64,000 nucleotides of DNA from Diadema antillarum (GCF_040938485.1 NW_027271376.1:124001-188000), one strand, 5' to 3'; positions 38,501-49,967 are shown, counted from the first letter of the stretch. Notes: generated from the letters alone by a model not told the origin. Numbers and translations: made by a program.

Positions 38501-41500
38501 CACGTACTCTTCCAGGTGTCGCCTGATTTCCGGCACCCGGACAATCCCCCTGGCGGTGAGCTCAACGATCTTGTGGAGAATCCTGGGGTCAACTGCTTCC
38601 CTGAGTCCTGCAGCCTAAGGCAGGATGGTATGGCATGTCAGCATGGGGGAGTTGCTAGTCATAGGTATTGTTAGTAATCCCTCACACTAACTTTTGATTA
38701 GGTATCCTAGAATAGTTGTAATACATCGCTTTGGATAGCAATCGATGGCAAACGTGTGTGCTTCATCAGGCCCCCAGGATGGCTATAATTTGGAAAAGAA
38801 AAATGGCATATGGCAGGTTGTAACTTTTTGGAGGGGGGCCTGAGGTTAAAACAAAGCATGCACATCTTACTGCTGAGTGTGCAACTGATTTACATGCATT
38901 GGTAGCTCATTTGCAATATATTACACCAAAACAATACTGTCTTTCCATCATCCCTGCTACATATTCCATATTGAAATATGATTTTCTTGATGCACGTTTG
39001 GTTGCAGCTTCCATCTCACAGATTCCAGAATGTATATGCCAATGAAAACTCTTGGTTTTCCCTTGAAGGACATGTATCCTAACAAAGAAAAGTCCCTAGA
39101 TGTAAGTGCTTTCTAAAAAGGCAGCAAGAAACTGACAATTTATTCTAGTCCCTGATGTGCCAGCTCACTAAATTTAAAAGAGTAACTCATGTCAGAGAGC
39201 AAGAATGTAGACCATCATCCAAATAAGTGAAAATACAACTTTTACATTTCCTCTCCTGATGGCACAATTAAAACAACAGAACAACTGGAAAAACAGCAAG
39301 CATGCAAATCAAAACATCCAACACTTGATTTCACCACTTGGCATAAGCCATGATATTGGAGGATCAAACTAAGTGGAACTGCATGCAACTTGGATATTCT
39401 GGTAGCAAAAAGCTGGGATATTCAGGCTGGTGTGACTCACAATGTTATTGACAGGATGCCCAACGTGTGAAGATAGTGGAGGAAGACTGACGTAGAAGAG
39501 GGTCTCTGTCTGGATGGAATCAGCCCCGAGTTCAAACTCCTCCCTCAGACGTTTCTTGGCCATCACACGGGAGTGTCCCGAAGGCACTGGTTCACTCACC
39601 TGACAATTACATTCATTCAAGGAGAATATTCTGCTGAATTTGGGTCATCACACTTACAGAGACTCCAATCCCAAACATCTCTCAAACTGGAGATTCTCCT
39701 GCCTGGAGCCCTCTAGCAAACTGGAGACTATGATCGCATGAACATGCGCAAGGCATCATATACATGAAGCATAATGTCCCTTGCATCCAGGGTCTAACTC
39801 TTGGGTTATGAATGCTTTCTGTCACTATCTTGAATTTAGCTTTAACATAAAGTTGGGCTGGATAAAGCTAACTTCTAAGCAAACAAAATACATTTTAAGT
39901 GGGAGATACACACTTATAGTGGGTGAAACTTAAGCAAGAGAGGGGGAGATTTTGCACAGATGGCCTCAGAGGGGAAGATTTTGGATGAAAGCGAGAGAGT
40001 TGGAGCCCTTGCAACAATATCATTTATGCTTACAAATCTGGGCGGAAATTATTACAAGAACACTATCAATGATTATTACCTATACGAGGGAGTTTTGCGA
40101 GGCGATTACAGTTGGTATTTTGCAGGGTCGGGAGTTCAGCAGGTGACATTAGAGCATATCACGAGCATCCGGGGTTTTACATCAACAGTGGACTCCTGTT
40201 ATAACGAAATCCTCGGGACCTGCAGTTTTCTTTCGTTATATCGGAATTTTATTATAACTGAACAAATAAACAATAGAAATACATAGAGTGGATGACATTG
40301 CAGCCCAAATTTTTACTTCGTTATAACCAGAATTTTGTTATAACCGTGTTCGTTATAATAGGAGTGCACTGTAAAACAGGGAGGTGGGAAGAGAAGGAGT
40401 GGAATCTCTCTTCCCACCTCCCTGCTTTACATGTAAACATTCCGATCGACCACGAAGAGAAAACATTCAAGGAGGTCACTGCGTGTCGATTACACGCACT
40501 GCAGAAGAACGCCGATAAATCAACTCATACAAGGTCGACCACTTCCAGCAGCACTGCGCGTCAAACAATGATTAGTCCATTTGTGCTCAATAACTGCACA
40601 GTGACCATCAGTTATTACAACTCTCCAAATTGAAACAGAAGCAAAAATAAAGTGTAAAAGCGTTCAGATGTTTGAAGTTTGCCTGTTACAACTATATATG
40701 TATCTTTGAAGTTGGAGTTGAATGATATAAATTGATGTTTTTCAATTATTCGACATCTTGGCGATAATCTACAGGTAGTCAAATGTGGCTTGATCTATAT
40801 CATAGTGTATAGCCGTATTCACATATTTTCCTAATTTACCTAGGGGATAGGTAATAATTATGATATTGACTGGCCTTGAGGGAGATACCAGAAAATATTC
40901 TTTCATATTATCGTCAATATTATATAACTATTCATGTTAGTGAGAATGAGAAGAGTATACAATACAAAGCGAATTCTTTAATGAAATGCAAATGTTTGCT
41001 GATATTGCAAAATTTCTGAGAATGCAATCTTTTTTGTTCAATCTACCTGAAAGTGATTAATAAAAGAGACCAAAAATCAAAATACTAGTACATAGAGAAG
41101 TGCACCAATAAGGAGAAAAAATTTTGAGAAGCTGTATCTGAAAAAATTTGTTGTCTAACTTTAGCAAAGTGCACAAAAGAGTACTATTCCACAAGTCAGA
41201 TATATCCTCCTCGAGCAGTACTGGGTATATTCCTTGTTAATGTGGAAAGACATCTGGAAAATATTGCTGAACTCTCTTCATGATTTTATGCTTACTTTCT
41301 TTGATCATATTGAGAAAAGTGTTAAAGAAGTAACCCTGAGGCTAATACAGTATATTGAGAAAAATGTGTGAATGTTAATTACCTCAATTCTATGTGTTGG
41401 AAATCTGAGGATCTGTACCACATATATGCTTGCAGGGCAGTCCATTTTCTTCGTATCTTGGACAAGTTTTCTCCTCTTCTTAGGAACTGCGTCATTTGAT

Positions 41501-44500
41501 GCATCTTCTGCCTTCATCGATCAATAACCATTTGAGGGGAAAAACAATATATGATCAATGAGTTACATGAACACACAAGACATAAAATGCTTTAGGGTTT
41601 GGTTACATGAGAAACATTTATAGATGATGACTGGCGGGGGAGGGAACATACCGAATGTTACACCCGAAGGGTTTGAAATGCTATTGAGGGAGGTTATAAG
41701 TCCCGAGACGAAGTCGAGGGACTTATTGCCTCCCGAAATAGCATTTCAAACCCTGAGGGTGGAACGTTTGGTACATGTTCCCGACAACAAAAGTCATCAT
41801 CTGTTATATTATATGAGTTAGTCAAATACATCAAATACGTCAACGTCAACCACCCAGCACAACGCGGTTAACGCCCTCGATCGCTCGCTCGCACAGAGCC
41901 AAATTCACTGTGCGCGCGCGATAGGCCTTCTGTCATTTGTTACGTGAAAATGTTTTCCCATGGGATTGTGAATGTTCGCCCATGGGCGAGCATTAAACGA
42001 ATGTACCTCCATCACGTGACTGTGTTTAGCCAATCACTAACCGGTATTTGACTAACCCATTTAATATAATTATTATAGAATTTGTATGTACAATGTATTT
42101 TAAAAGATGAATGCTACAATGTGCATAGATGGGAAAAATCTTGTGGAAGGTTTTTATATGTACACTGAACACATAGGTCTCTAGCTTCAGGCCATTTCAG
42201 AGACATGTCATCAAAACTAGCATCAAATCATGAAAACATTTTAATAATAACCTGATAGAGTCATACAAATGTGTATTACGTCATGTATGCATCATCATCT
42301 GAACATACACAGCGTACTAGCACCAGTAGTGGTGATATCAAAACCTGCCATGTCAGGATTCATTCAATACAACTGTAGGATTGCTGTAAAAAAAGAGGAA
42401 AGATTATAACATCTTTGCTTACCTTTCTCTTTGCTTTTGCCTTTTCATTGCGGTCTCTTCCCTGATGGCAGATATAGACATGGCGGTGCATGTAGAAGAA
42501 TGGAGTGCCATCACACTCAATCTTGGGTGATTGGCCTCCATAGTCTAGCCTCCATCGCAGGAAATTCTTGCCAGGGTCAGGAATAGATACTGAAGTAAGA
42601 AAATGGGTATTCAAATGAAGCATGAATACATTAGACTATATATTTCTGATAAAAATTAGTCCAGTTTTGATCAAGCTGGAGGGAAGTCGGCAAATGTGCT
42701 TATGGTTAACTGCACATTACTATTTGTTCTACAGACACTACAATAACATTTTGTAGCACAGCAACATTGCCTTTTTTAAGCAGCCATTGGCATTGGCATA
42801 GCAAAGCTCCAAGTCAAATTTAATCTAAAATTACAAATGACCTAACCTATACTAACGCTAAATTTGAATTTAAAACTGTCAAAAAGAGAGTTCATTCATG
42901 ATCACTACCATATATATGTGGTGAAAGGAATGGATATCGGAATCTGGGCATGCTATATAAATATGGTAGGTGATATATTATAAAGATATCGCATCACGAG
43001 TTACGGCACAACTTATGTTAGCTCTAACGAGTTTTACAAGCGAGGTGTTCGCCAATGAAACTCAATTGTCCACATACAACCAACGTTAATGGTGTTGACT
43101 AACAACAACTTTAACGAGTGGGACTGTATCAGGCCATTACCGTTGAGTAAAACGCACTGCTAACTAAGTTTGCAATTCTGCTGCAACAAGAGCATTCAGC
43201 ACTGACCTGTTGGTTTTCCAAAATCCTTATCTTTGTGGACTGTAATAAATTTCACTCTGTATCGCTCTTCGTGCTCTGAAATGCATTTGTACACGTCCTC
43301 GATACTGCGAAATTTCACAGTGATGCTCGACTTCGATGCCATGGTAGCGGCGGCCCAGGCATCCTGGCCTCTCGTCGAATGGTATCGCATCGCATGCATG
43401 CACATCGGGCATTCGCACCCGGACCCTCGACCCTGGGAGAATGATGATGATGATGCTGAGGAGATGGAGTTGAGAGCAGTTAAAATGAAGTCTGAAAAGA
43501 AAGAGTGCAATTTTATAGGCACAACAGTGAAAATTTTATCCAAATCAGATAAAGTTAGGGAAATATATGAAACTGTTAAGTTTCGCTAATTTTGTTACAC
43601 AGTTAAAACAGTAGATTTGAATATGTAAATAAAAAAAATGAGTGAATTGCTTCTTGGATTGTGTTAAAAAAAAAATGAAACCCGACGAAAATTTGATTTC
43701 CTGCTCTAAAAGTGTAAAACATGTTATACAATGACATACCCACTGACCTCTACTAGGCCAAAGTGGAGGTCAGTGTATACATGATACCTAGATGAATAAC
43801 GTCAAAATATTGATCAGTCAGATAATATTTATGTTACGATTTGAGACCGGGGCATAATTGCATTTGGACACAAACACACACACACAAACAAAATGAAATT
43901 TCAAAATTTTGTGTACAATCAATGGCTGGATTTGAGGCGGCGATTACATAATCAACTCATACACTGCAATTTGCATACCGCTTCTTGAATTAATAATGAT
44001 AATAGGCTGTATACATGTAAAGTCTTAAACACGACAAGACAAAAACACTTCCTGGATCCCTGTGTTCCTGTATTATAGATCATGTCATCATAGTTATATT
44101 TCATCGATGAGAAAGAGAACAAGAGAACTAGGCCTACATATATGATCTCTACAAATAGCACTGCCAAGAGAAAGTGGGTTGCAATTTATTTTCACACCCC
44201 TTCTACGCCAGATTGATTCGGAATTAATCATTATGGTTGTATTTGCAGAGCTGTTGCACCATTAGCACCGTCTGTTTTTTGACAGGCCAAACTATAGGTC
44301 TACCTATCACCACGGTCGCCGTGGTGGAGTTTGACGAGTATATTACGATGTTTTCCTGGGCTTCTGTTCCAATAAAATCGGAATATATGCTCTGCAGGCC
44401 CGTGTAGTTTCATGTGGAAAATAGCACAAGAACACTGCAAATTATAATCTCTCTTCAACATGAATAACTCAATTATCAATCAATCCCACTGATAAGTTAT

Positions 44501-45204
44501 TGAAGAGAAAATATTGACATAACATGATGCCAAACATATATCTCTTAAATATTAGATCATATAACTCATACTCCACTTATAAGAGCATAGACATAAAAAC
44601 GAACTAAAAATACAATATACAAATCTAGAATGAAATAATTTACAAAAACCCAACCAGCCCTTTTTCAATTTCAATTTCAATTCAATTCAATTCAAATGAT
44701 TTTATTTCCGTATAAAATCTTCCAACCAAAATAAATATTCATCTATCCTAGATATCTAATCTAACTATCCTTCTTCAAATCAAATCCCAATCCCACCAAC
44801 CCCCAAGTCACCAATCGCAGAAACACACCTACACCCACATCCACCAACCCACATACACACCACACCACCCCCCTTTCACACACACACACACACACACACA
44901 CATTACAAAGTGGGGTAGGCACATTGATAAAGTTTTCATGGTATAAGTACAAGTTACTGTAAGTAGGTTAACTTCAAATGAGGTTAGCACGTTGCTCGGC
45001 GAAAATCAATTGATGCAGTTATATCTCAATCATTTCATTTCATTTCATGTTATTAATAGTCAAAAATTCAAACAACGCCAACAGATTCACATCTGATTAA
45101 CTTAATAGAGACATTTTTGTCTATGTGGAAAAAATATACGTCTACATAGACATATTTGTTTTGATCCTTTTGTCATTTGGAGCTCAGGGTAAATATTTAC
45201 CCAT
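32564..45204 (-). CDS. Domesticated Mutator-like (MULE) transposase-derived protein: CaRF-like DNA-binding region + degenerate MULE DDE domain + SWIM zinc finger + low-complexity tail, about 1040-1091 aa
   Basis: Minus-strand exons: (45204-45201 with 43491-43207, or starting at ATG 43342), 42589-42423, 41511-41383, 39599-39441, 38614-38299, 37933-37616, 37141-36897, 35868-35693, 34040-32564. All are AG/GT bounded, phases chain without stops, and the total is 3123 nt from ATG 43342. CaRF-like motifs: DGTPF..YICHQGRDR, KKMDCPASIYVVQILRFP, FYVSLP..H..H, ILHKIVEL..RG, YYPTDVDIRHAV. MULE motifs: VLDAVY, LPLFLLSVRTNAGY, FLVDY..EIEAV. SWIM: CSCSYWSRCLLPCKH at 33808-33764. The start codon and the 41511 acceptor (weak pyrimidine tract) are the least certain parts. 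Confidence 0.88.
35177..35559. mobile_element. TTAA-flanked MITE with AGGG...CCCT termini (Kolobok-like); further copies at about 27851-28232 and 2795-3142 (inverted, truncated)
   Basis: TTAA|AGGGTGTGTACAGTTCTGG ... CCAGTACTGAACAGTCCCT|TTAA. An internal inverted repeat (TTTTGAAATGGCTGAGATATCCAAAAA) is shared with the other two copies. Confidence 0.85.
38179..38265. mobile_element. Inverted copy of the short piggyBac-like MITE, in an intron of the MULE-derived gene
   Basis: TTAA|CCCGCTGAGG...CCCGAGTATACTCGGGACTCGTCCTCAACGGG|GTAA. Confidence 0.8.
40186..40371. mobile_element. Short Tc1/mariner-like MITE with TATAAC repeats; degenerate relative at about 34561-34744
   Basis: CAGTGGACTCCTGTTATAACGAA ... 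TTCGTTATAATAGGAGTGCACTG|TA. Confidence 0.8.
41622..42075. mobile_element. Unclassified repeat with a fold-back of about 190 bp centred on GAC-GAA-GTC; shorter relative at about 37430-37470
   Basis: AGATGATGACT...TATAAGTCCC GAGACGAAGTCGA GGGACTTAT...AGTCATCATCT (41622-41812), followed by a CpG-rich segment. CTCGACTTCGTCTCGG at 37441-37456 is the reverse complement of the same core. Confidence 0.65.
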
Positions 45205-46850
45205 CTGCTCCAAGAGTGCCTCGGCATATGGAACGAATCCATCATTACTAATCGATTCTTCATTGGACTAAACAGAAGACAATTATCGATGGCCTCAGTC
45301 TGCAAATAGGCGGAGAAAGAGTGCAGGGAGGAAGGTGTGAAATCTGCCATGATTAAAAAATGACAAAATGTATTTGCTCTAGACTAGTGAAAGGAATAAG
45401 GGCAGGGGTGAAGGTACATCTCTAACTTAGTCGCACCGGGTGTGTGATTTAAGTATACCGCTGCCATGAAAATTATTATCAATAGTTTCACCGAGCTCAG
45501 TGGTATGATGGACTCAGAACTGGCAGAGTTTCAGAAAGGAAGAGAAACGCATAGTTTGACGTGGTTGACAATGTCTGTTTTCAAAGTGTGGATTTACCTT
45601 GGATTGTTTGTTGCCTCGACCACAATATCGACTTGGATATTTTCAGGTAAATTGCGGAGCTACTCTAAATCGTATACTGGCTTATTATACATAATTTCAA
45701 TTTAGCCATTCCTTTAAGATTTATCCAAATTATTCTTTAAATGAAAATTAGACAAAAGGGTCTTTGTCCAACAAATCCTACAGTGAATGACAATGTTGAA
45801 TAATAATGTCGACTTTACATAAGTGACACTTTTGAAAACGCACTTGTTCTTGATCACAAACGAATTCACTCTGCTTGGTTTTATCCATTACTCCAATAAT
45901 GGTCATCCAAAAGGAAAATTATAATAGATAATTAGTGATATTAATTATCAATTATAATTTTCCTTATAATGGCTAATGATGCTTCAAGTTGTCGTAATAA
46001 CATAGTCATGAGTGTAGTGCGGGTTTGTTGCTGTTGGTTTTTTTTTACTACTTGAGATTACACGAGATACTATAATATATTTCTGCAAAGCTTTATTTTG
46101 TCTTTTAGAAAATGATCATGAATTGAACACTTCTTCAACAAAGTTTAAATGACCGTGTACCAACCATATCATGTAACTGATGCTTAAGATTTGCCGTTAA
46201 ATCTCGGGCACCTGAGATTATTCCTTGTATCTTTTAAGCCATAAAATTTATATAGAAACGCATGTTGCTGAGGAATTTATCTAAACATATTTCCACTATC
46301 GACAATCATGCCACTATCTTGCAGTATACCTGAAGAGTTGAATGGTTCTTCTTTATGTTTTTGTTCTTGTTTTTTCTCCAAAATAGAGCGTTTCTATTCA
46401 AGGGGCGTGGTTTTTCAGAGAGCTTCGGTCTACAATGACAACCAATTGGAAAGCAGACAGTTACCCCAAGGGATCAGGGGCAGCCATGCGTCACACACAA
46501 TCATTGAAGACAAAATATTGTCATCTTATCAGGTGAACTTATGTGAATATGACTGCTTATAATGATTCTCCTACACTTGCTCAGGGTGCCCCCCCCCCCC
46601 CTTCGAAACGCGATGACAATAATTATGACGACAATGTTCACAATACTAATTATAATAGTTCCGAATATAGTCACAATTTTACTCTCACACATATACCGCA
46701 ATAACGAATAGTTCGCGAGATTTATAGTTCACAATACTTCTAATCTGACACATTTCAGTGTTCATTTCTGTTTGCTTGTAAGTCCTTACGATTGTGAGGA
46801 GACGTCTATAGACTTTTTGTTTACTTTTATTTTGTCTTGAAAATCTGCTT

Positions 46851-47786
46851 ATGAACTCTGCAACAATTACTGTTTCGTGTCGCATTGGATGCGTAACATT
46901 AGTGTCCATTATTGTACTCGCACAGCTAATGAGGCGACGCACGATATCCCAGGGCTGTTTGACAATGAGGATGCGGCCAGATTATCATCTCTACAACCAC
47001 CTGGGGGCAAAGGTCATCTCATCACTCAACCACATCATCGTTCTCGACGACCTGAAATTGATGTTCTGCTGCATCCCACACACCGGCTGTAACTACTGGA
47101 AACACCTCTTTCAATCGTACCGCCTAGATGAACGAGGAGATGTTGAAAGGCAGGCAACAGGGAGAGTGTCGGACATTCGATTGCTGAGCCAGTACGGGAT
47201 TGGAGAGGTTAAACAGAGACTCCTAAACTACTCGTCATTTATCTTCACGCGAAATCCGTTTCACAGACTACTCTCGGCATTCATAACTTCTTTCCGACTA
47301 GACCGCGGCGGTGACGACAAGGAGGAAGTTCGGAGAATTTACAAATCTAAGATTGAAAGGAAATCTGAGTCAGGCGATAGGGCAGCTATAACAAACAAGA
47401 CCTTGGATGCTATATCATTCCCGGAATTTATAGATTTCATATCGCAATCACACAACAAATTCCACAAGAGTGACGAGGCGAACTGGTTGGGAATGTACCA
47501 ACTCTGTCACCTATGTGGCATCGATTATGATTTCGTTGGGAAATACGAAACTTTTGCCGACGATTCGAAAGAGGCTTTCGAGAAATTTGGTCTCCCTGGA
47601 GTGGTCAACGAGTCGGAGATCGAGAGAGAGGAGGAAGACATTAGCGATGTCACCTTACGTCATTATTTCTCTCAACTAAACCCTTACCAGATCGGAAATT
47701 TCACGAAGCGCTTTGTGGCAGATAAGATTTTGTTCGGATACATGACTCCAGATGTAGTCATGCAATATCTGACAGATAGGCATTGA
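46851..47786 (+). CDS. Carbohydrate sulfotransferase-like protein (HNK-1/CHST8-14, Sulfotransfer_2 family), single coding exon, 311 aa
   Basis: Uninterrupted 311-aa ORF. It has an N-terminal hydrophobic type II anchor (IGCVTLVSIIVLAQL), a 5'-PSB-like FCCIPHTGCNYWK, a 3'-PB FTRNPFHRLLSAF, and LCHLCGIDYDFVGKYETF plus D.ILFGY, all typical of this family. Confidence 0.88.
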   Translation: MNSATITVSCRIGCVTLVSIIVLAQLMRRRTISQGCLTMRMRPDYHLYNHLGAKVISSLNHIIVLDDLKLMFCCIPHTGCNYWKHLFQSYRLDERGDVERQATGRVSDIRLLSQYGIGEVKQRLLNYSSFIFTRNPFHRLLSAFITSFRLDRGGDDKEEVRRIYKSKIERKSESGDRAAITNKTLDAISFPEFIDFISQSHNKFHKSDEANWLGMYQLCHLCGIDYDFVGKYETFADDSKEAFEKFGLPGVVNESEIEREEEDISDVTLRHYFSQLNPYQIGNFTKRFVADKILFGYMTPDVVMQYLTDRH

Positions 47787-48732
47787 GAACGTAAATACAT
47801 TCACTGCCTGCCATGGCTATTGAAACCTTTATCTAATCTGTCTTCATTTCCGAATATGTATGAACATTTACGATAATAAAAAAGCCAACCTGAAGAATTA
47901 TAGCATATTTTGTTTTTAAGAGACCTGGCATCATAATTACATGATCACAAGATTTAAAGTTATCATTATGTCATACAAATGTATTTCTTTTTTTAAGGAG
48001 TTCTCCAATCCGCGTATAGGTATATCCATAACCTACCATATCAATGGAAAACCAAAATTGTATATTGTAAGCTTGGGATATCAATTCACCAAAGTTACAT
48101 TGCCATCATCAAACAAACAACATTCCGCTTGCTGCGTCCTGATAGAATACAAGGGAATATATTGTCATCGTAAATTGAGTAAACTGAACGTCATAATTAC
48201 AAAGTGAAGTAAAACTTGTATACAAGCTTCATTGTTGTCATCGGTACGTTTAGCATGTCAGTGTGTGTGTATGTGTGTGTGCGTTTGTGTTACACAAATT
48301 TTGTTGTTTATGGATTAAAAAATAAACACCGTTAATTTGGACACAATACCCATGATTAATTGCTTTTTGAAACAGTGTTCCTTTTATCTTAATTGTTGGT
48401 CTTTTGGATGAGACTTAAAACAGTTGGTCCCGCGCGGTTGCACAGCTTACATGCAAGCATTGATTCAAAACATCATATCCCACAATATTTTTGTAACGGC
48501 TCTAACTGAATACTTCATTTACCAAAAGATGTAATACAAGGCGGTTTTCCTTTGTTAGTTTCAATCTCGTATCGTCTTCCGGAAAGTGCTTGACTGCTTT
48601 GTTGACTAAAGTGATATAGATTTTCCATCACAGACATTAATCACTGAAGACATTAAGAAAAATATAATGGTTTTCTTATCAGGTGAACTTATGTGAAAAT
48701 CAGTCCTCGTGATTTGCCTTAACTTGCTCATA

Positions 48733-49000
48733 GGGCAGTAATAGCTCAGTTGCTAGCGCGTCTGCCTCACGATCCAAAGGACCCGAGTTCGATTCACAAT
48801 TAAGTCCCACTAATTAAGCAATATTAGGTGTAATCATACCGTCCTCTCTGTAAGAGGCAAAACACTCACGTCCCTCGGAAGGATTTTCCAGGACATAAAA
48901 TGGAGGTACCGTGTGTGAGAGAGTCACAACTCATGCACCTAAAAGATCATCGTAAAGAGCAGGGTGAAGTGGTCCCACCTCACATCCAACTGGACTCCAT
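48733..49000 (+). mobile_element. tRNA-derived SINE
   Basis: Pol III A box TAGCTCAGTTGC (48742) and B box GAGTTCGATTC (48785), no complete cloverleaf, followed by a non-tRNA body (CGTCCCTCGGAAGG...GGAGGTACCGTGTG...GCACCTAAAAGATC). The 3' boundary is approximate. Confidence 0.75.
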
Positions 49001-49581
49001 GGATGACCAGCTGTTCCAGCTGAATTATCCAGCCATCATCTCGGATGGAAATAAAACAAACAAACTTTGTCTTCACTGTGTACTAAGTCTATATGGAGGT
49101 GCGAATAGCTCTCACCGGCAATGAAAAACATAAACGGCAGTAGAACGGAGTGGTAATCAATATAATGCCATGTGTCATACTACTGCAGGATAACACGATG
49201 GGGGAAAAAACAGACACAAGAAATAAACGTTGTGTGATTTTTATTTACTGATATGAGTATAACCGAGAGCAAAGAAAAAAAAGAAGAGGGGATTGAAAAT
49301 ACCCCCCCCCCCCTCTTTGCTGGATCAGCCATGATTACCATGTAAAGGAAATAAGTTTGAGTGATTTATCAAATCAGATGAAGAACACATTGCACTATAC
49401 ATAAGCAAGAACGAAAAACACTACCCAAAGGCTGTAAATGCTTGCCTATTCGTGAATCTGAATTCCTCAATATTCATTATAGGCTGGTGATGGTGCGAAG
49501 TTGAATGCTTTTTTCTAACATGAATGTTTTAACGCGTGTTTTACACATGCTGTGTGATAAAATCATAACTAGTAACATTAA

Positions 49582-49967
49582 AGGGGATGGCTAGTAACTG
49601 ACCAGTGGGAATCAGTGGGAATGCTGGGGGATGATTGTTCAATATCTGTTGTTGTGTGAAAATTATTTGCTTCAGAATGGTCTCATATTCCAGTAATGTG
49701 CAGTTCAATGTTTCCAGGTTAGCATGCCTGTACTGTGTCGGGGCGATCGTTAACGGGCCGTTAATGATCGCCCCGTCACCGTAGGCTCATACAGGCATGC
49801 TAACCTGGAAACATTAATCTGCACATTACTTGAATATGAGACCATTCTGAAGCAATTTCACACAACAATAGATATACAATGTACTCTTAAATGAATCCCA
49901 CAAGGACTGGGGCAATCACCCCCAGCATTCCCACTGATTCCCTCTGATTAGTTACTAGCCATTCCCT
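49582..49967. mobile_element. Fold-back (almost wholly palindromic) TTAA-flanked MITE, about 386 bp
   Basis: TTAA|AGGGGATGGCTAGTAACT ... AGTTACTAGCCATTCCCT|TTAA. The arms pair over most of their length (e.g. GCTTCAGAATGGTCTCATATT / AATATGAGACCATTCTGAAGC), with the centre at GATCGTTAACGGGCCGTTAATGATC. Confidence 0.9.

Noticed and set aside
32564-43342. Active autonomous Mutator transposon
   Set aside because: No TIRs or TSD seen, it has many long introns, and the third catalytic Glu and the CxxH motif are missing.
44293-44326. Two adjacent small hairpins as a rho-independent terminator
   Set aside because: The context is eukaryotic, there is no following T tract, and stems this short are expected by chance.
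48733-48800. Functional tRNA gene
   Set aside because: It has A and B boxes but no consistent acceptor stem or cloverleaf, and it continues into a SINE-like body.
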